DNA from: a virus
IMG/VR virus record: IMGVR_UViG_3300034069_000749
Location: 1-42,918 of that record
Length of the DNA stretch: 42,918 bases
Reading direction: 5' to 3' (one strand)
The notes below the pieces were generated by a model, which saw nothing but the letters and a program-made list of their open reading frames with translations, was not told the DNA's origin and did not search any database. Every line of letters begins with the position of its first letter. Positions within the stretch are counted from its first letter, which is position 1. Made by a program: the position numbers and the translations under genes. Shown in pieces: positions 32,201-40,216 of this stretch.

Positions 32201-33033
32201 CTGATTTGAAGGATAAGTCGGAGTCGTTGGCTTCGTCTGTGGCTTCGAATCTTTCGGGTTCGGGTATTTCGTCGGGTCAGACGGCGACTGGTTTCCGCAA
32301 GTCGCAGGCGTTGCAGAAGACGCAGTTGACTCAGCTTGCGGCGTTGCTGAAGAAGTTGAAGGGTAAGGGTCTTGATCCTGCTCTTCTGGCGCAGATCGCT
32401 GGTTTGGATCCGGCGGTGGCGTTGCAGACGGCTCAGTCGTTTGATGCGTTGTCTTCATCGGCAGTGAAGTCGGTGAACAGTGATTACAAGTCGGTTCAGT
32501 CGACGGCTGCTTCTATTGGCCGGCAGGTGGCGGATGCGAATTATGGTCCGCAGATTAAGCAGGCTCAGGCGGCTTTGGATAATGCTGACCGGAATGCTGC
32601 GGCGATCACGAAGGCGATTGGTCGTGAGTCGGAGAAGCTGCGGAAGGTGATCGGTAAGGCACTTGGTCTGCCGGGCTATGCGGCTGGCGGTCACATTGTG
32701 GGTGCCGGTTCGGGTACTTCGGACAGCATCAACGCGCGCCTGTCGAATGGCGAGTTTGTGGTGAATGCTGCTGCGACTCGTCGGAACCGGTTGCAGCTCG
32801 AGGCGATCAATCGTGGGTTTGCGGCTGGCGGTTATGTGCAGCCGACGTATGTGCGGTCGTCGGGTGCTGGTTCGGGTATCGATTATGGGCAGTTGGCTGC
32901 GGCTTTGCGTGCTCAGCCTCGTGAGGTTGTGTCGGCGCAGATCATTCAGCAGCCGATCCGTGATCAGAACCCGAGGACTGCTGCTGTGTTGGCGGCCCGT
33001 GAGTTGGAGCGAGAGTTGAGGAAGCACAAGTGA
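29275..33033 (+). CDS. Tape measure protein
   Basis: 1252 aa, Ala/Gly/Ser/Gln-rich. Hydrophobic segment LASGLALGTLVAAIGLVGGGALIAV. Position after the chaperones. Confidence 0.9.
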   Translation: MASDRITRVSLVANVSNYITGMNQAAAATRATGTAAEQLAQRREGIETLGKALLAVGTVAAAGVALAVSKFAEFDQAVSGIQAATHATTKDMGLLRDAALKAGADTVYSATEAANAITELSKAGLTTGQILGGGLNGALSLASAGGLEVADAANIAAVAVKQFNLAGSDVPHVADLLAAGAGKAVGDVSDLSAALGQAGQVANQTGLTIEETTGVLAAFADQGLLGSDAGTSLKTMLQSLTPSSKQAADEMKRLGISAYDAQGNFIGISKFAGVYQNALKNLSPEQQSATSKIIFGSDAVRASNVLLGLGAKGIQKYIDQTNDQGYAAETARLKLDNLRGDVEKLGGSLDTALIQTGSSANGVLRGLTQSATNLVDSFGSAPKPLLASGLALGTLVAAIGLVGGGALIAVPKIVAFRTAMQQVGVGGRAAAAGIGAVSIGLTAATVIIGAYVAKQGRISAATSELVSTLDEATGALTKYSASYVAKQLAESGAFKAAKEAGVGQRELTEAILEGGDALDETLHKFGKTNSLGGVFNGEAFRSTKAQSQIKELRQSVEDSSAAFKDLKASGTDVGDTNGTVASTAADAATGLSDLSGAADTGTSSLDDLKKAIEGFGSAQLDVDSATRGFYESVDKLTQSVKDNGQSLDVTTEKGRNNQSALDDIASSTLSLSSATLTQTGSQQKAAAVIDQGRAAFIRAAGQLGVNAAQAAKLADKLGLIPANVATAVSQTGVDPAIAKLDALIAKIRDVPGYKAVVIDQQIRQTGAAPGAVKAAYNAEGGAIRGPGSGTSDSILSFLSNGEYVVKASSVSKYGVAYLDALNNGKVQKFAAGGYVQNLAAAQKQYDSQVKYQKAAEAALSVAKSARRKADARSDLAEAKADVAAAKKRLDAAKAAPQGASLSDKISFRSSTRDGSFDADKGISSLYSMAQDSTAYSGKQRSAFLSLASKDEVALNKLEKQSDRAADAVKSAADKLSDLKDKSESLASSVASNLSGSGISSGQTATGFRKSQALQKTQLTQLAALLKKLKGKGLDPALLAQIAGLDPAVALQTAQSFDALSSSAVKSVNSDYKSVQSTAASIGRQVADANYGPQIKQAQAALDNADRNAAAITKAIGRESEKLRKVIGKALGLPGYAAGGHIVGAGSGTSDSINARLSNGEFVVNAAATRRNRLQLEAINRGFAAGGYVQPTYVRSSGAGSGIDYGQLAAALRAQPREVVSAQIIQQPIRDQNPRTAAVLAARELERELRKHK

Positions 33034-33869
33034 CTCTTGTTTTGACTTTTGATGGGTTGACGTTTGATGCGAATGCGGTGTCTGGTCTGACTTTGTCGGC
33101 TTTGACTGGTTGGTGGGATGGGCCGGCACCGCGTTTGTCGTTGGATGAGCGGCCGCAGGATGATGGGTCGTTTTCTCCGGGGCGTGTTTTCAAGTCGGGG
33201 AAGGTGGTGACGGTTGAGGGTTCGTTTGTTGGGTCGTCGTTGCTGGATGCGCAGGTGATGCGGCGTCGGCTGGCGGCTATTCAGCAGTCGGGGTTGGAGT
33301 CGGACTTCACGGTTCAGGATGATCTGGGTTCGTTTACGGTGTCGGCGCTTTTGTCGGCGGCTGTGGTGTTGCCGGACGACCTGTTTTCCCCGTTTTTCAC
33401 GTTCTCGTTTGCTGTGTCGTCGGCGTCGGCTTACAAGTTCGGGCCAGCGGTGACGGCATCTACGGGACTGGCGACGTCTGCTCCTGGGATCACGTTCCCG
33501 GTGACGTTCCCGATCACTTTTGGGACGGCTGCGAATAACGGTCAGGTGACGTCGTCGAATCCGGGTACGGCTCGTTCGTGGCCTGTGTTTTCGGTGACGG
33601 GTCAGATGACTGGCGGGTTCCTGCTGACCAACACGGTGACGGCTCAGCGGATCCAGTTGGTTCGTGATATTCCGCTGACGTCGGTTGTGTCTATTGATTC
33701 GAGGAACGGTCAGGCGTTCATTGATGGTTCTCCGATTCCTGGTTATCTGACTCGTGCTGAGTGGTGGTCGGTTCCTCCTGGTGGTTCGTCGACTGTTCAG
33801 TTCACAGCTCTTGGTGTGACTTCTGGTTCTCCCACTCTCACCGTCACGGTGAAACCCGCTTATCTCTAG
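33030..33869 (+). CDS. Distal tail protein (Dit-like minor tail protein)
   Basis: GTGA coupling to the tape measure gene; 279 aa; position. Confidence 0.7.
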   Translation: MTLVLTFDGLTFDANAVSGLTLSALTGWWDGPAPRLSLDERPQDDGSFSPGRVFKSGKVVTVEGSFVGSSLLDAQVMRRRLAAIQQSGLESDFTVQDDLGSFTVSALLSAAVVLPDDLFSPFFTFSFAVSSASAYKFGPAVTASTGLATSAPGITFPVTFPITFGTAANNGQVTSSNPGTARSWPVFSVTGQMTGGFLLTNTVTAQRIQLVRDIPLTSVVSIDSRNGQAFIDGSPIPGYLTRAEWWSVPPGGSSTVQFTALGVTSGSPTLTVTVKPAYL

Positions 33870-33885
33870 CTCGTAAGGAGCTCTT

Positions 33886-34962
33886 ATGACTCTTCATGTC
33901 GGCCTTGCGGCGAATACGGTTTCCGCTGATGCGCCTGATGTTCGTTTGGCTCTTGCGGGTTTGGTGGTGCGTGATGGGAATGGTCTTGCGCGGTCTGGTT
34001 TTTTCCCGAACCGGTCGGTGACTGCGACTGTTACTGGGCGTACGGACATGGCCGTGAATGTCGGCTATTTCAATGCGGCGATCGCGTTGACGACGGCTAG
34101 TGGTCCGCTGTTCTTCGGGAATGACGGGACGGTGACGAGTCCTACTCTTGCTGCGGCTCCGGCGTCGAACTCGAGGTATGACCTGCTGTATGTCCAGCAT
34201 GGGGTTTCGTCGGCACCTGTGTTTGGGGTGGTGACGGGTACGGCTTCGGCGACACCTGTCGTACCGACTCTGCCAGCGAACTCGATCGCCATTGCCACCA
34301 TCCTGATCCCGTCCACTGCGACGACGACGAGCTCGAGCGGCGTTGTCATCAACGAGATTTTCCCGTACACGGGCACGACGGGTTCGCCTATTTGGATGCG
34401 GACTCAGGCTGAGCGTGACGCTGCGGGTCTGAGTTTCGGGCAGCAGGTGCGCCGCCTTGATCTGGACAACTGGGTTGAGGAGAACATGCAGTCGCGGGCG
34501 TCGTCGGGTTCTGCGGATCCTGGGCGGGCGGCTGGGTGGTATCCGGTGGTTGGGCGCACTCCCTCGTTTGAGGCGGGAACCACTACCAGTCAGTCGATTG
34601 CATCTGGGACGACGACAACCGTATTTGGGTATGCGTCCGGCGACCGTTCACTGTGGGGCGGGGCAACTTACGCGGGATCGGGTGTGTTCAATCTTGGTGT
34701 CGCCGGGCGGTGGCTTGTCTCCGCCATGGTCCAGTACCCGATCGGTACGAGCGGGCGACGTGAGCTGTCGCTTGTGGATGGCAGCGGCAATGGAATTTGC
34801 CGTCAGTCGGTCACAGACAGTGTCTCCGGGACAGTGAGCGTAGCGGGCGAATTCATTTCTACCGCCTCGGGGACGGTAGCCCTGAATTTCTACCAGGTCA
34901 GCGGTTCGAACATGACAGTCACTGTGCAGCAGTTCAAGGGCGTGTACCTGGGCCCCAATTGA
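33886..34962 (+). CDS. Minor tail protein
   Basis: AAGGAG RBS; 358 aa, Thr/Ser/Gly-rich, beta-rich. Confidence 0.65.
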   Translation: MTLHVGLAANTVSADAPDVRLALAGLVVRDGNGLARSGFFPNRSVTATVTGRTDMAVNVGYFNAAIALTTASGPLFFGNDGTVTSPTLAAAPASNSRYDLLYVQHGVSSAPVFGVVTGTASATPVVPTLPANSIAIATILIPSTATTTSSSGVVINEIFPYTGTTGSPIWMRTQAERDAAGLSFGQQVRRLDLDNWVEENMQSRASSGSADPGRAAGWYPVVGRTPSFEAGTTTSQSIASGTTTTVFGYASGDRSLWGGATYAGSGVFNLGVAGRWLVSAMVQYPIGTSGRRELSLVDGSGNGICRQSVTDSVSGTVSVAGEFISTASGTVALNFYQVSGSNMTVTVQQFKGVYLGPN

Positions 34963-34983
34963 TCTTCCCCCGTTGGTTTCTCG

Positions 34984-34999
34984 GCCCGCTTCGGCGGGC
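34984..34999 (+). terminator. Short GC hairpin (gcccgc-ttcg-gcgggc), possible attenuator
   Basis: Perfect 6-bp stem with a TTCG loop, followed by attgtcgttt. Confidence 0.35.
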
Positions 35000-35020
35000 A
35001 TTGTCGTTTAAGGAGTGCCC

Positions 35021-36193
35021 GTGACAAACGTGCTGTACGGGAACCTGCTCACGGGGTTGATCGGCGGGTACATTCCCTTCCTCACTGCTTCTCTCTCATG
35101 CCGCTTGAATGCTCCCGGGACAGTCGAAGTGACCGTCGATCTGAACGATGACGCGGTGGCACTGCTAGACCTGAAGAACAATGCCGCGCCCAGGCAGGCG
35201 TACCTCGCTTGGGAAGAGAACGACGTCGTTCTCGAGGCCGGCCCGATCTCGGGGCACAGCTTCGACGTCGACACCGGCCAGTTGACGATCACAGCTTCTG
35301 GTCTCTGGTCGTGGTTCGATGACCGGGTAGCACTACCCACCAAAGCGCTCTCTAGCCCGTTTTTCATCAGCGACCCGAACACGTTCGACACCCTCATCCC
35401 GAACCCTGCACTCGACACGGTTTTCACGAACACGTCGTACGCCAACATGTACAAGGGGCTCGTTCAGCAGGCCATGCAGTGGCCGTCCGGGTCGCTGCCG
35501 ATCCTTTTCCAGCCTGACGACACCGGGAGCTCGTCTCTGACGGTGAACGGTGTTGACGTGCAATACGTGGGCGATGTTCTGCGGGATATCAACCAGCTCA
35601 CCAACGGGCCCGACCTTGAGTTCACCCCATCACGAACATCTGATCGCCGGTCCATTCAGTGGACACTCCGGTCAGGTACCACCGCAAAACCTGACCTGGG
35701 TGCGCTCAACACCTTCAACTGGGATCTGTCCGTCGACTCGCCGCGGGCAGAATCGTTGAAGGTCGACGTTGACGGTTCGATGCGGGCCAGCCGAGTGTGG
35801 GCAATTGGCGGCAAATCTTCGGACACAGCAATCATCGTCAGCGCTGCCGACCCGACACTGACCAACACGGGTTTCCCCATTTGGGAACGCGTTTTGTCTG
35901 ACCGGAACGATATTTCCTCCGCGACGTTGCTGCAGTCGTACGCCAACGAACAGGTGCGGTTGGGCAAGTCGACGACCGAAACGTGGTCGTTCAAAGTGCA
36001 AGCTAACAAGAGCCCGAAGCTTGGCGAGTACCGGGTGGGCGATTACGCGCAACTGACCATCGGTAAGGACAACCCGTACATTCCGCAGGGCATCTACCTG
36101 CGCAGGATTCTGTCGATGGCAACTGATCAGGATGCGTTGTGGGTTTCGATCACTACAGGGGAGGTGTATTCGACCAATGGGGCAGCAGTCTAA
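35021..36193 (+). CDS. Minor tail protein (Tal-like baseplate protein by position)
   Basis: GTG 35021 lies 5 nt after AAGGAG; 390 aa. Confidence 0.65.
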   Translation: MTNVLYGNLLTGLIGGYIPFLTASLSCRLNAPGTVEVTVDLNDDAVALLDLKNNAAPRQAYLAWEENDVVLEAGPISGHSFDVDTGQLTITASGLWSWFDDRVALPTKALSSPFFISDPNTFDTLIPNPALDTVFTNTSYANMYKGLVQQAMQWPSGSLPILFQPDDTGSSSLTVNGVDVQYVGDVLRDINQLTNGPDLEFTPSRTSDRRSIQWTLRSGTTAKPDLGALNTFNWDLSVDSPRAESLKVDVDGSMRASRVWAIGGKSSDTAIIVSAADPTLTNTGFPIWERVLSDRNDISSATLLQSYANEQVRLGKSTTETWSFKVQANKSPKLGEYRVGDYAQLTIGKDNPYIPQGIYLRRILSMATDQDALWVSITTGEVYSTNGAAV

Positions 36194-36971
36194 AGGTGAG
36201 GGTTTCGAGTATCAGGCGGATTTGAGGCGGGCGGATCAGCGGGCGGCGCGAAGGCTCGCGCGTCCGACGCAGACGCAGAAAGATGGTGCGTGGCGTAAAC
36301 CTGTCCACACTCCGAACAGTGTGACGGCGGACGCTGGCATGGCTTCGATCGGTGCCAGGACGAACACGGTGACGAATTCACCGGTGCCGTTGTACATTGA
36401 CGCGGCCGGCAACCTCGGGGTGTCCGCTTCTACGCGAGCACGGAAGAACATCGGCTCGGATTACAAAGTGGACATGGCGAAGTTCTTGGCCATCGGCCTG
36501 AAGAACTGGTCGTACATCGACAACCCGGCGGCTACCGGTATGGGCCCGATCGCGGATGACCTCGATGCCGCAGGGTTGAAAGAGTTTGTGATCTACAACC
36601 TGGACGGCTCCATTCAGGGTATCCGCACGGACACGCTGCTCATGGGCCTGTGGTCAGCGTACGTGCAGTCCAGGACCACGACCCTTGCTCGCATTGCAAA
36701 CCAGGCGTACCAGACGCAGACCGTGACCGGGATGGCGGCACTGACGCTGGGTGGCACGAAGCAGTACGCGATTTCGTGGCCGGCGGCTTTCGCTGACGCG
36801 AACTACATGGTTGTCCCCACCGTTTACTCCACTGGCGGTCTTCCTGTTGCCGGCGCAACGGCTGCCGTAATTCAGGGCACGAAGACAGCTACGGGTTGCA
36901 CCGTCCAGGTGAACGCGTCCGTCGCCATTCTTTCAGGTCAAACGCTCGTCGTTGAGGCGACGCACATTTAA
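36177..36971 (+). CDS. Tail-fibre protein with a peptidase S74 (intramolecular chaperone) domain
   Basis: STRARKNIGSDYKVDMAKFLAIGLKNWSYIDNP...GPIADDLDAAGLKEFVIYNLDGSIQGIRTDTLL matches the S74 pattern. Confidence 0.65.
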   Translation: MGQQSKGEGFEYQADLRRADQRAARRLARPTQTQKDGAWRKPVHTPNSVTADAGMASIGARTNTVTNSPVPLYIDAAGNLGVSASTRARKNIGSDYKVDMAKFLAIGLKNWSYIDNPAATGMGPIADDLDAAGLKEFVIYNLDGSIQGIRTDTLLMGLWSAYVQSRTTTLARIANQAYQTQTVTGMAALTLGGTKQYAISWPAAFADANYMVVPTVYSTGGLPVAGATAAVIQGTKTATGCTVQVNASVAILSGQTLVVEATHI

Positions 36972-37123
36972 GGACCGGAGAACTCGAAATCATCCGCTGC
37001 GCATTCGTTTGAGCAGTAGATAACTCCGAACGCGACCACTTTGTGATCGGTGGTGATCGGCTTCCCACACACCCCGCACCAACGTCGAGGTCGGGGCTGC
37101 AGGAAACGCCGCCACCAGTTCAC
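36968..37123 (-). CDS. Small zinc-finger protein (51 aa), second gene of the reverse-strand operon
   Basis: GTGA coupling with the SGNH gene stop (37120-37123). CGVCGKPI...YCSNEC. The stop overlaps the tail-fibre stop (TTAA). Confidence 0.55.
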   Translation of the reverse strand: MNWWRRFLQPRPRRWCGVCGKPITTDHKVVAFGVIYCSNECAADDFEFSGP

Positions 37124-37764
37124 GAGGTGGGCAGAGACGCTGCCTGGCGAATGTAGACGCGCATGCGAGATGCGACGCGGGTGTTCGTCACGGTAGTCGG
37201 GTGCACGCCATCCACGGATGCATTGGTGCCCCACGCGTTGTTGTAGGCCCGCTGGAATGAGAACGGGTCCACGTACAGGTAGTTGTGGGTGACGGCCATG
37301 TCGATCAGTGTACGGTTCTGCGTCACGCCCGCTGCTCGGCGGTTCACGTGCGTGCGACTGTCGTCTTCGATGTTCGACGGCGGCAGGGCGAGGATGAGCA
37401 CGTGCTTAGCCTGAACTTTATTGGCGAGGGCAACAATGTTCGATGCGACGGTGCTTTCGGGGACCTGCTGGGTGACGTCGTTGGTTCCGAGCTCGACGAC
37501 GAGGACGTCGGCATCAGAGTGGGGCGTGGATGCGGCGAGGATCTCTGCCGATGTTTTGCCGCTGATGGCCGTCCCGCCGACGCTCTGCAGTCCGTCGTCG
37601 TTGAGCTGGTAAAGCCAGGAGTCGTCTCGGGCGGTGATGGAGTCGCCTCCGTAGGTGAAGGTGATGGGGTTGTCGTCTGTTGCGCCGGCGCTGGTGCAGG
37701 TGGTGAGCGTGGTGGCTGCGATGCCTGCTGCGATCGCGAGTGTGGCGAGTATGGGTTTCAGCAT
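37120..37764 (-). CDS. Secreted SGNH/GDSL esterase lipoprotein
   Basis: Signal peptide with lipobox LTTC. Blocks GGDSIT, GGTAISG, ELGTNDV and DGVHP. Confidence 0.8.
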   Translation of the reverse strand: MLKPILATLAIAAGIAATTLTTCTSAGATDDNPITFTYGGDSITARDDSWLYQLNDDGLQSVGGTAISGKTSAEILAASTPHSDADVLVVELGTNDVTQQVPESTVASNIVALANKVQAKHVLILALPPSNIEDDSRTHVNRRAAGVTQNRTLIDMAVTHNYLYVDPFSFQRAYNNAWGTNASVDGVHPTTVTNTRVASRMRVYIRQAASLPTS

Positions 37765-37793
37765 TTGTGGGCCTGTTTCTGTTCTGTTGGCGG

Positions 37794-37819
37794 TACACTT
37801 TACGAATGACGTAAGTGTA
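37794..37819. promoter_or_regulatory. Inverted repeat in the divergent SGNH / HTH intergenic region (candidate operator overlapping a TAAAGT -10 on the minus strand)
   Basis: tacactttacg-aatga-cgtaagtgta (10 of 11 positions symmetric). gcggtaca is repeated at 37790 and 37826. Confidence 0.45.
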
Positions 37820-37853
37820 TCGCATGCGGTACAGAAAGCAAGTGGGTGTCAGA

Positions 37854-38081
37854 ATGTCCCTCGTGACGGGGAAGAAGAAGGCCATCGATCCGGAGACTGA
37901 GTTGCGTCTTCGGGAGGCTGGTGCTGCCCGGGCTGTATCCCGCGCAAAGGCGGAGACGGCTGAGGCGGCTCTCAGGGATGTTGTCTTGGACGCTCTGGCA
38001 TCGGGTGCGTCGGTTCGTGTTGTTGCTGAGCTTGCTGGTGTTGCCCCGGTGACTGTGGCGAAGTGGAAAGCGAACCGCTGA
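37854..38081 (+). CDS. Small HTH DNA-binding protein
   Basis: C-terminal HTH ASVRVVAELAGVAPVTVAKWK. Followed by a terminator. ATG 37815 is an alternative start. Confidence 0.6.
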   Translation: MSLVTGKKKAIDPETELRLREAGAARAVSRAKAETAEAALRDVVLDALASGASVRVVAELAGVAPVTVAKWKANR

Positions 38082-38100
38082 CCGCCACCTATCTATTTGA

Positions 38101-38132
38101 AACGCCTCCGATTGTCGGGGGCGTTTTTGTTT
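38101..38132 (+). terminator. Rho-independent terminator
   Basis: aacgcctcc-gattgtc-gggggcgtt (9 bp with one G-U pair) followed by tttgttt. Confidence 0.75.
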
Positions 38133-38155
38133 GCCCGAAAACTTTGGAGGACCAC

Positions 38156-38920
38156 TTGCCCAACAACGGTGAACTCGACGCGGCAACACTGCGCGTCCTC
38201 CCCGGGTTCCTGCCCTACGCCGCAGCCAACAACTTCCAAGCGGTGACGTCGACTGACGGATCCAACCTGATCCTTGCCGGCCTGTACACCGATGCCGTGA
38301 ACATGGCTGCTGACTTCGAGGTTGCTTGCCACCAGCCGCTGACCTACGCCGAGTCGTACCGGTCGCTCGCCACCCAGCGTGTGCGTGCGCTCGAGCACAC
38401 CAGGGGCGGGCCGAACGCTGCCACCCCTGGGTACAGCAACCACGGTTGGGCTCAGGCGCTCGACTACCGCAACGGAATCGGCGGCGGGCCCGGGAACACC
38501 ACTTACGACTGGATGCGCGCCCATGCAGGCGATTACGGCTTCGTGGAGGACGTACCCGGGGAGCACTGGCACTGGCACCACCCGTCGACCACGAGCATCA
38601 CCCGGCCTCGCACGACTACCGCCAGCACTGGCGGAACCACCGAACTAGGAGACGACGACATGACCCCCGACCAGGCACAGATGCTTCACGACCTGAATGA
38701 GCGCACCAAGAACATGCGCGACGACATTAACCACCTGCAGGAGGGCACGAGCTCCGATGGCCTGCTCTCGGCGATTGCCGTTGCTTTCCTCAATACCCCG
38801 GTCGATCCGAAGTCAAACCCACCGGTCGGGAAGGTTTATCAGGCTCTCCGTGACGCACGGCAGGGCACGTTCGGCAACCAGTCCCTGCTGAAGAAGATCA
38901 CCAAGAAGCTCGGCCTCTGA
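38156..38920 (+). CDS. Endolysin, peptidase M15 (VanY / D-Ala-D-Ala carboxypeptidase-like) with an unknown C-terminal domain
   Basis: TTG start 5 nt after GGAGG, downstream of the terminator. SYRSLATQ, GYSNHGWAQALD and GEHWHWH zinc-ligand motifs. Confidence 0.8.
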   Translation: MPNNGELDAATLRVLPGFLPYAAANNFQAVTSTDGSNLILAGLYTDAVNMAADFEVACHQPLTYAESYRSLATQRVRALEHTRGGPNAATPGYSNHGWAQALDYRNGIGGGPGNTTYDWMRAHAGDYGFVEDVPGEHWHWHHPSTTSITRPRTTTASTGGTTELGDDDMTPDQAQMLHDLNERTKNMRDDINHLQEGTSSDGLLSAIAVAFLNTPVDPKSNPPVGKVYQALRDARQGTFGNQSLLKKITKKLGL

Positions 38921-38947
38921 CGTTCCTCCGATTCCCAGGGGGGAACC

Positions 38948-39379
38948 ATGCAAACCATCTGGTCTGACACTTCGATTCCGCCTTCGGAATGGAAGTACCG
39001 AAACCTGAAACGAATCGTCCTGCCCACCATCGACCTGCTGTTCGTCCTCGGGGGCGTCCTCGGGGCACTGCACGGAATCCCAGCGATCAGTGACGTGTTC
39101 CCGGGGTGGCCGGCAACTGTCGGCGGCATCGCGTTCGCGTTCGTGGGCGCGGTGTGCCTCGTCGGGGTTGCGATTCCGAAGCTGTGGCAGGTGGAGGTGT
39201 GGGGCAAGTCGATCATTCTTGGGATGATCGTCGGCTACATCATCGCCCTTGCCACCGCTTCGATCATCACTCGCACTTCGGCTGCGTACGTGCTGTCGCT
39301 TGCTGGGATTGCGCTCACGATTGTTGTGTGGCGGTTGTCGCTGCTGGCTGCGGAAGCTCGAGAGCGGAGGGGCTTGTGA
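38948..39379 (+). CDS. Holin-like membrane protein (4 TM)
   Basis: Four hydrophobic helices and a charged C-terminus AEARERRGL; directly after the endolysin gene. Confidence 0.7.
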   Translation: MQTIWSDTSIPPSEWKYRNLKRIVLPTIDLLFVLGGVLGALHGIPAISDVFPGWPATVGGIAFAFVGAVCLVGVAIPKLWQVEVWGKSIILGMIVGYIIALATASIITRTSAAYVLSLAGIALTIVVWRLSLLAAEARERRGL

Positions 39380-39816
39380 CGGATGTGGCGGCAACTCTGA
39401 CGGCTGCGGCCGGAGTCATTACGGGCGTCGGAGCGTTGGTCGTCACGTACATGCGGACTCGTGCGTCGAACACGAATTCGTCTTTGAAGATCAAGCAGCA
39501 GCTTGATCAGCAGATCGATGAGCGGGTGTCTGCGCAGCTCACGGAGGCGTGGGCGCGGATCAGTCAGCTCGAGTTGCAGGTGGGCACGCTTACTGATGAC
39601 CGTGACTTCCAGAAGTCGGCGGTGCGCACTCTCGGTGATGGCCTCGAGGCTGTCCTCGATTATGTCGAGCGGACGACCCCGACGCCTCAGTACACGCGTC
39701 GGGAGAAGCAGTACATCGACGATGCGAAGGCGCTGCTTGCGGATGACTTGCTCTGGAATACGAGCGCGCGTTTGAAAGCGCAATCGACTAAACCGAAACC
39801 TAAGGAGAAACCATGA
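39376..39816 (+). CDS. Membrane-anchored coiled-coil protein (lysis accessory)
   Basis: GTGA coupling. N-terminal TM AATLTAAAGVITGVGALVVTY, then a coiled coil. Confidence 0.6.
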   Translation: MTDVAATLTAAAGVITGVGALVVTYMRTRASNTNSSLKIKQQLDQQIDERVSAQLTEAWARISQLELQVGTLTDDRDFQKSAVRTLGDGLEAVLDYVERTTPTPQYTRREKQYIDDAKALLADDLLWNTSARLKAQSTKPKPKEKP

Positions 39817-40097
39817 GTGACACGATTAAGACTGTTGTTGACCGTGCTTGGACTGACATTGAGCCGAAGGTGATTGCGTGGTTCGCTGCCGGCGGTCTGC
39901 TGACGGTCGCTTCGATCGTGTACGGGTATGTGTTCCCTTCTGAGCCGCTGCCTGTGTGGATTGCCCCGGTTGTCACGCTGATCGGTGGCGCTGTTGTGGC
40001 GTACCTGAAGAAGTCGACGGTCCCGGTAGAGGTTTCGGATGGTGCCCACGAGGCGACCGCGGCTGTGACTGAGATCCCGGAGACGCCGGCCCCGTAA
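39813..40097 (+). CDS. Small membrane protein (2 TM), holin-like
   Basis: ATGA coupling. VIAWFAAGGLLTVASIVYGYVF and VWIAPVVTLIGGAVVAYL. Confidence 0.65.
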   Translation: MSDTIKTVVDRAWTDIEPKVIAWFAAGGLLTVASIVYGYVFPSEPLPVWIAPVVTLIGGAVVAYLKKSTVPVEVSDGAHEATAAVTEIPETPAP

Positions 40098-40114
40098 CCC
40101 TGTTAGCGCGATTC

Positions 40115-40140
40115 CTGCCCCCATCTTCGGATGGGGGCAG
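40115..40140 (+). terminator. Rho-independent terminator ending the late operon
   Basis: ctgcccccatc-ttcg-gatgggggcag (perfect 11 bp) followed by ctttcgtggttt. Confidence 0.8.
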
Positions 40141-40216
40141 CTTTCGTGGTTTGTCGGTGGGTCCGTCTAGTGTTGGGGTATCACGATTGGCCTCTGCTCC
40201 CTTAGGTGGGATGGGG

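Noticed and set aside
31988-33129. Reverse-strand ORFs of 156 and 224 aa inside the tape measure gene
   Set aside because: The translations are low-complexity Pro/Thr/Ser/Gln/Arg, antisense to an obviously coding 1252-aa gene. They are a compositional artefact.
39235-39783. 182-aa reverse-strand ORF in the lysis cassette
   Set aside because: It is an Arg-rich antisense translation of the holin and accessory membrane-protein genes.
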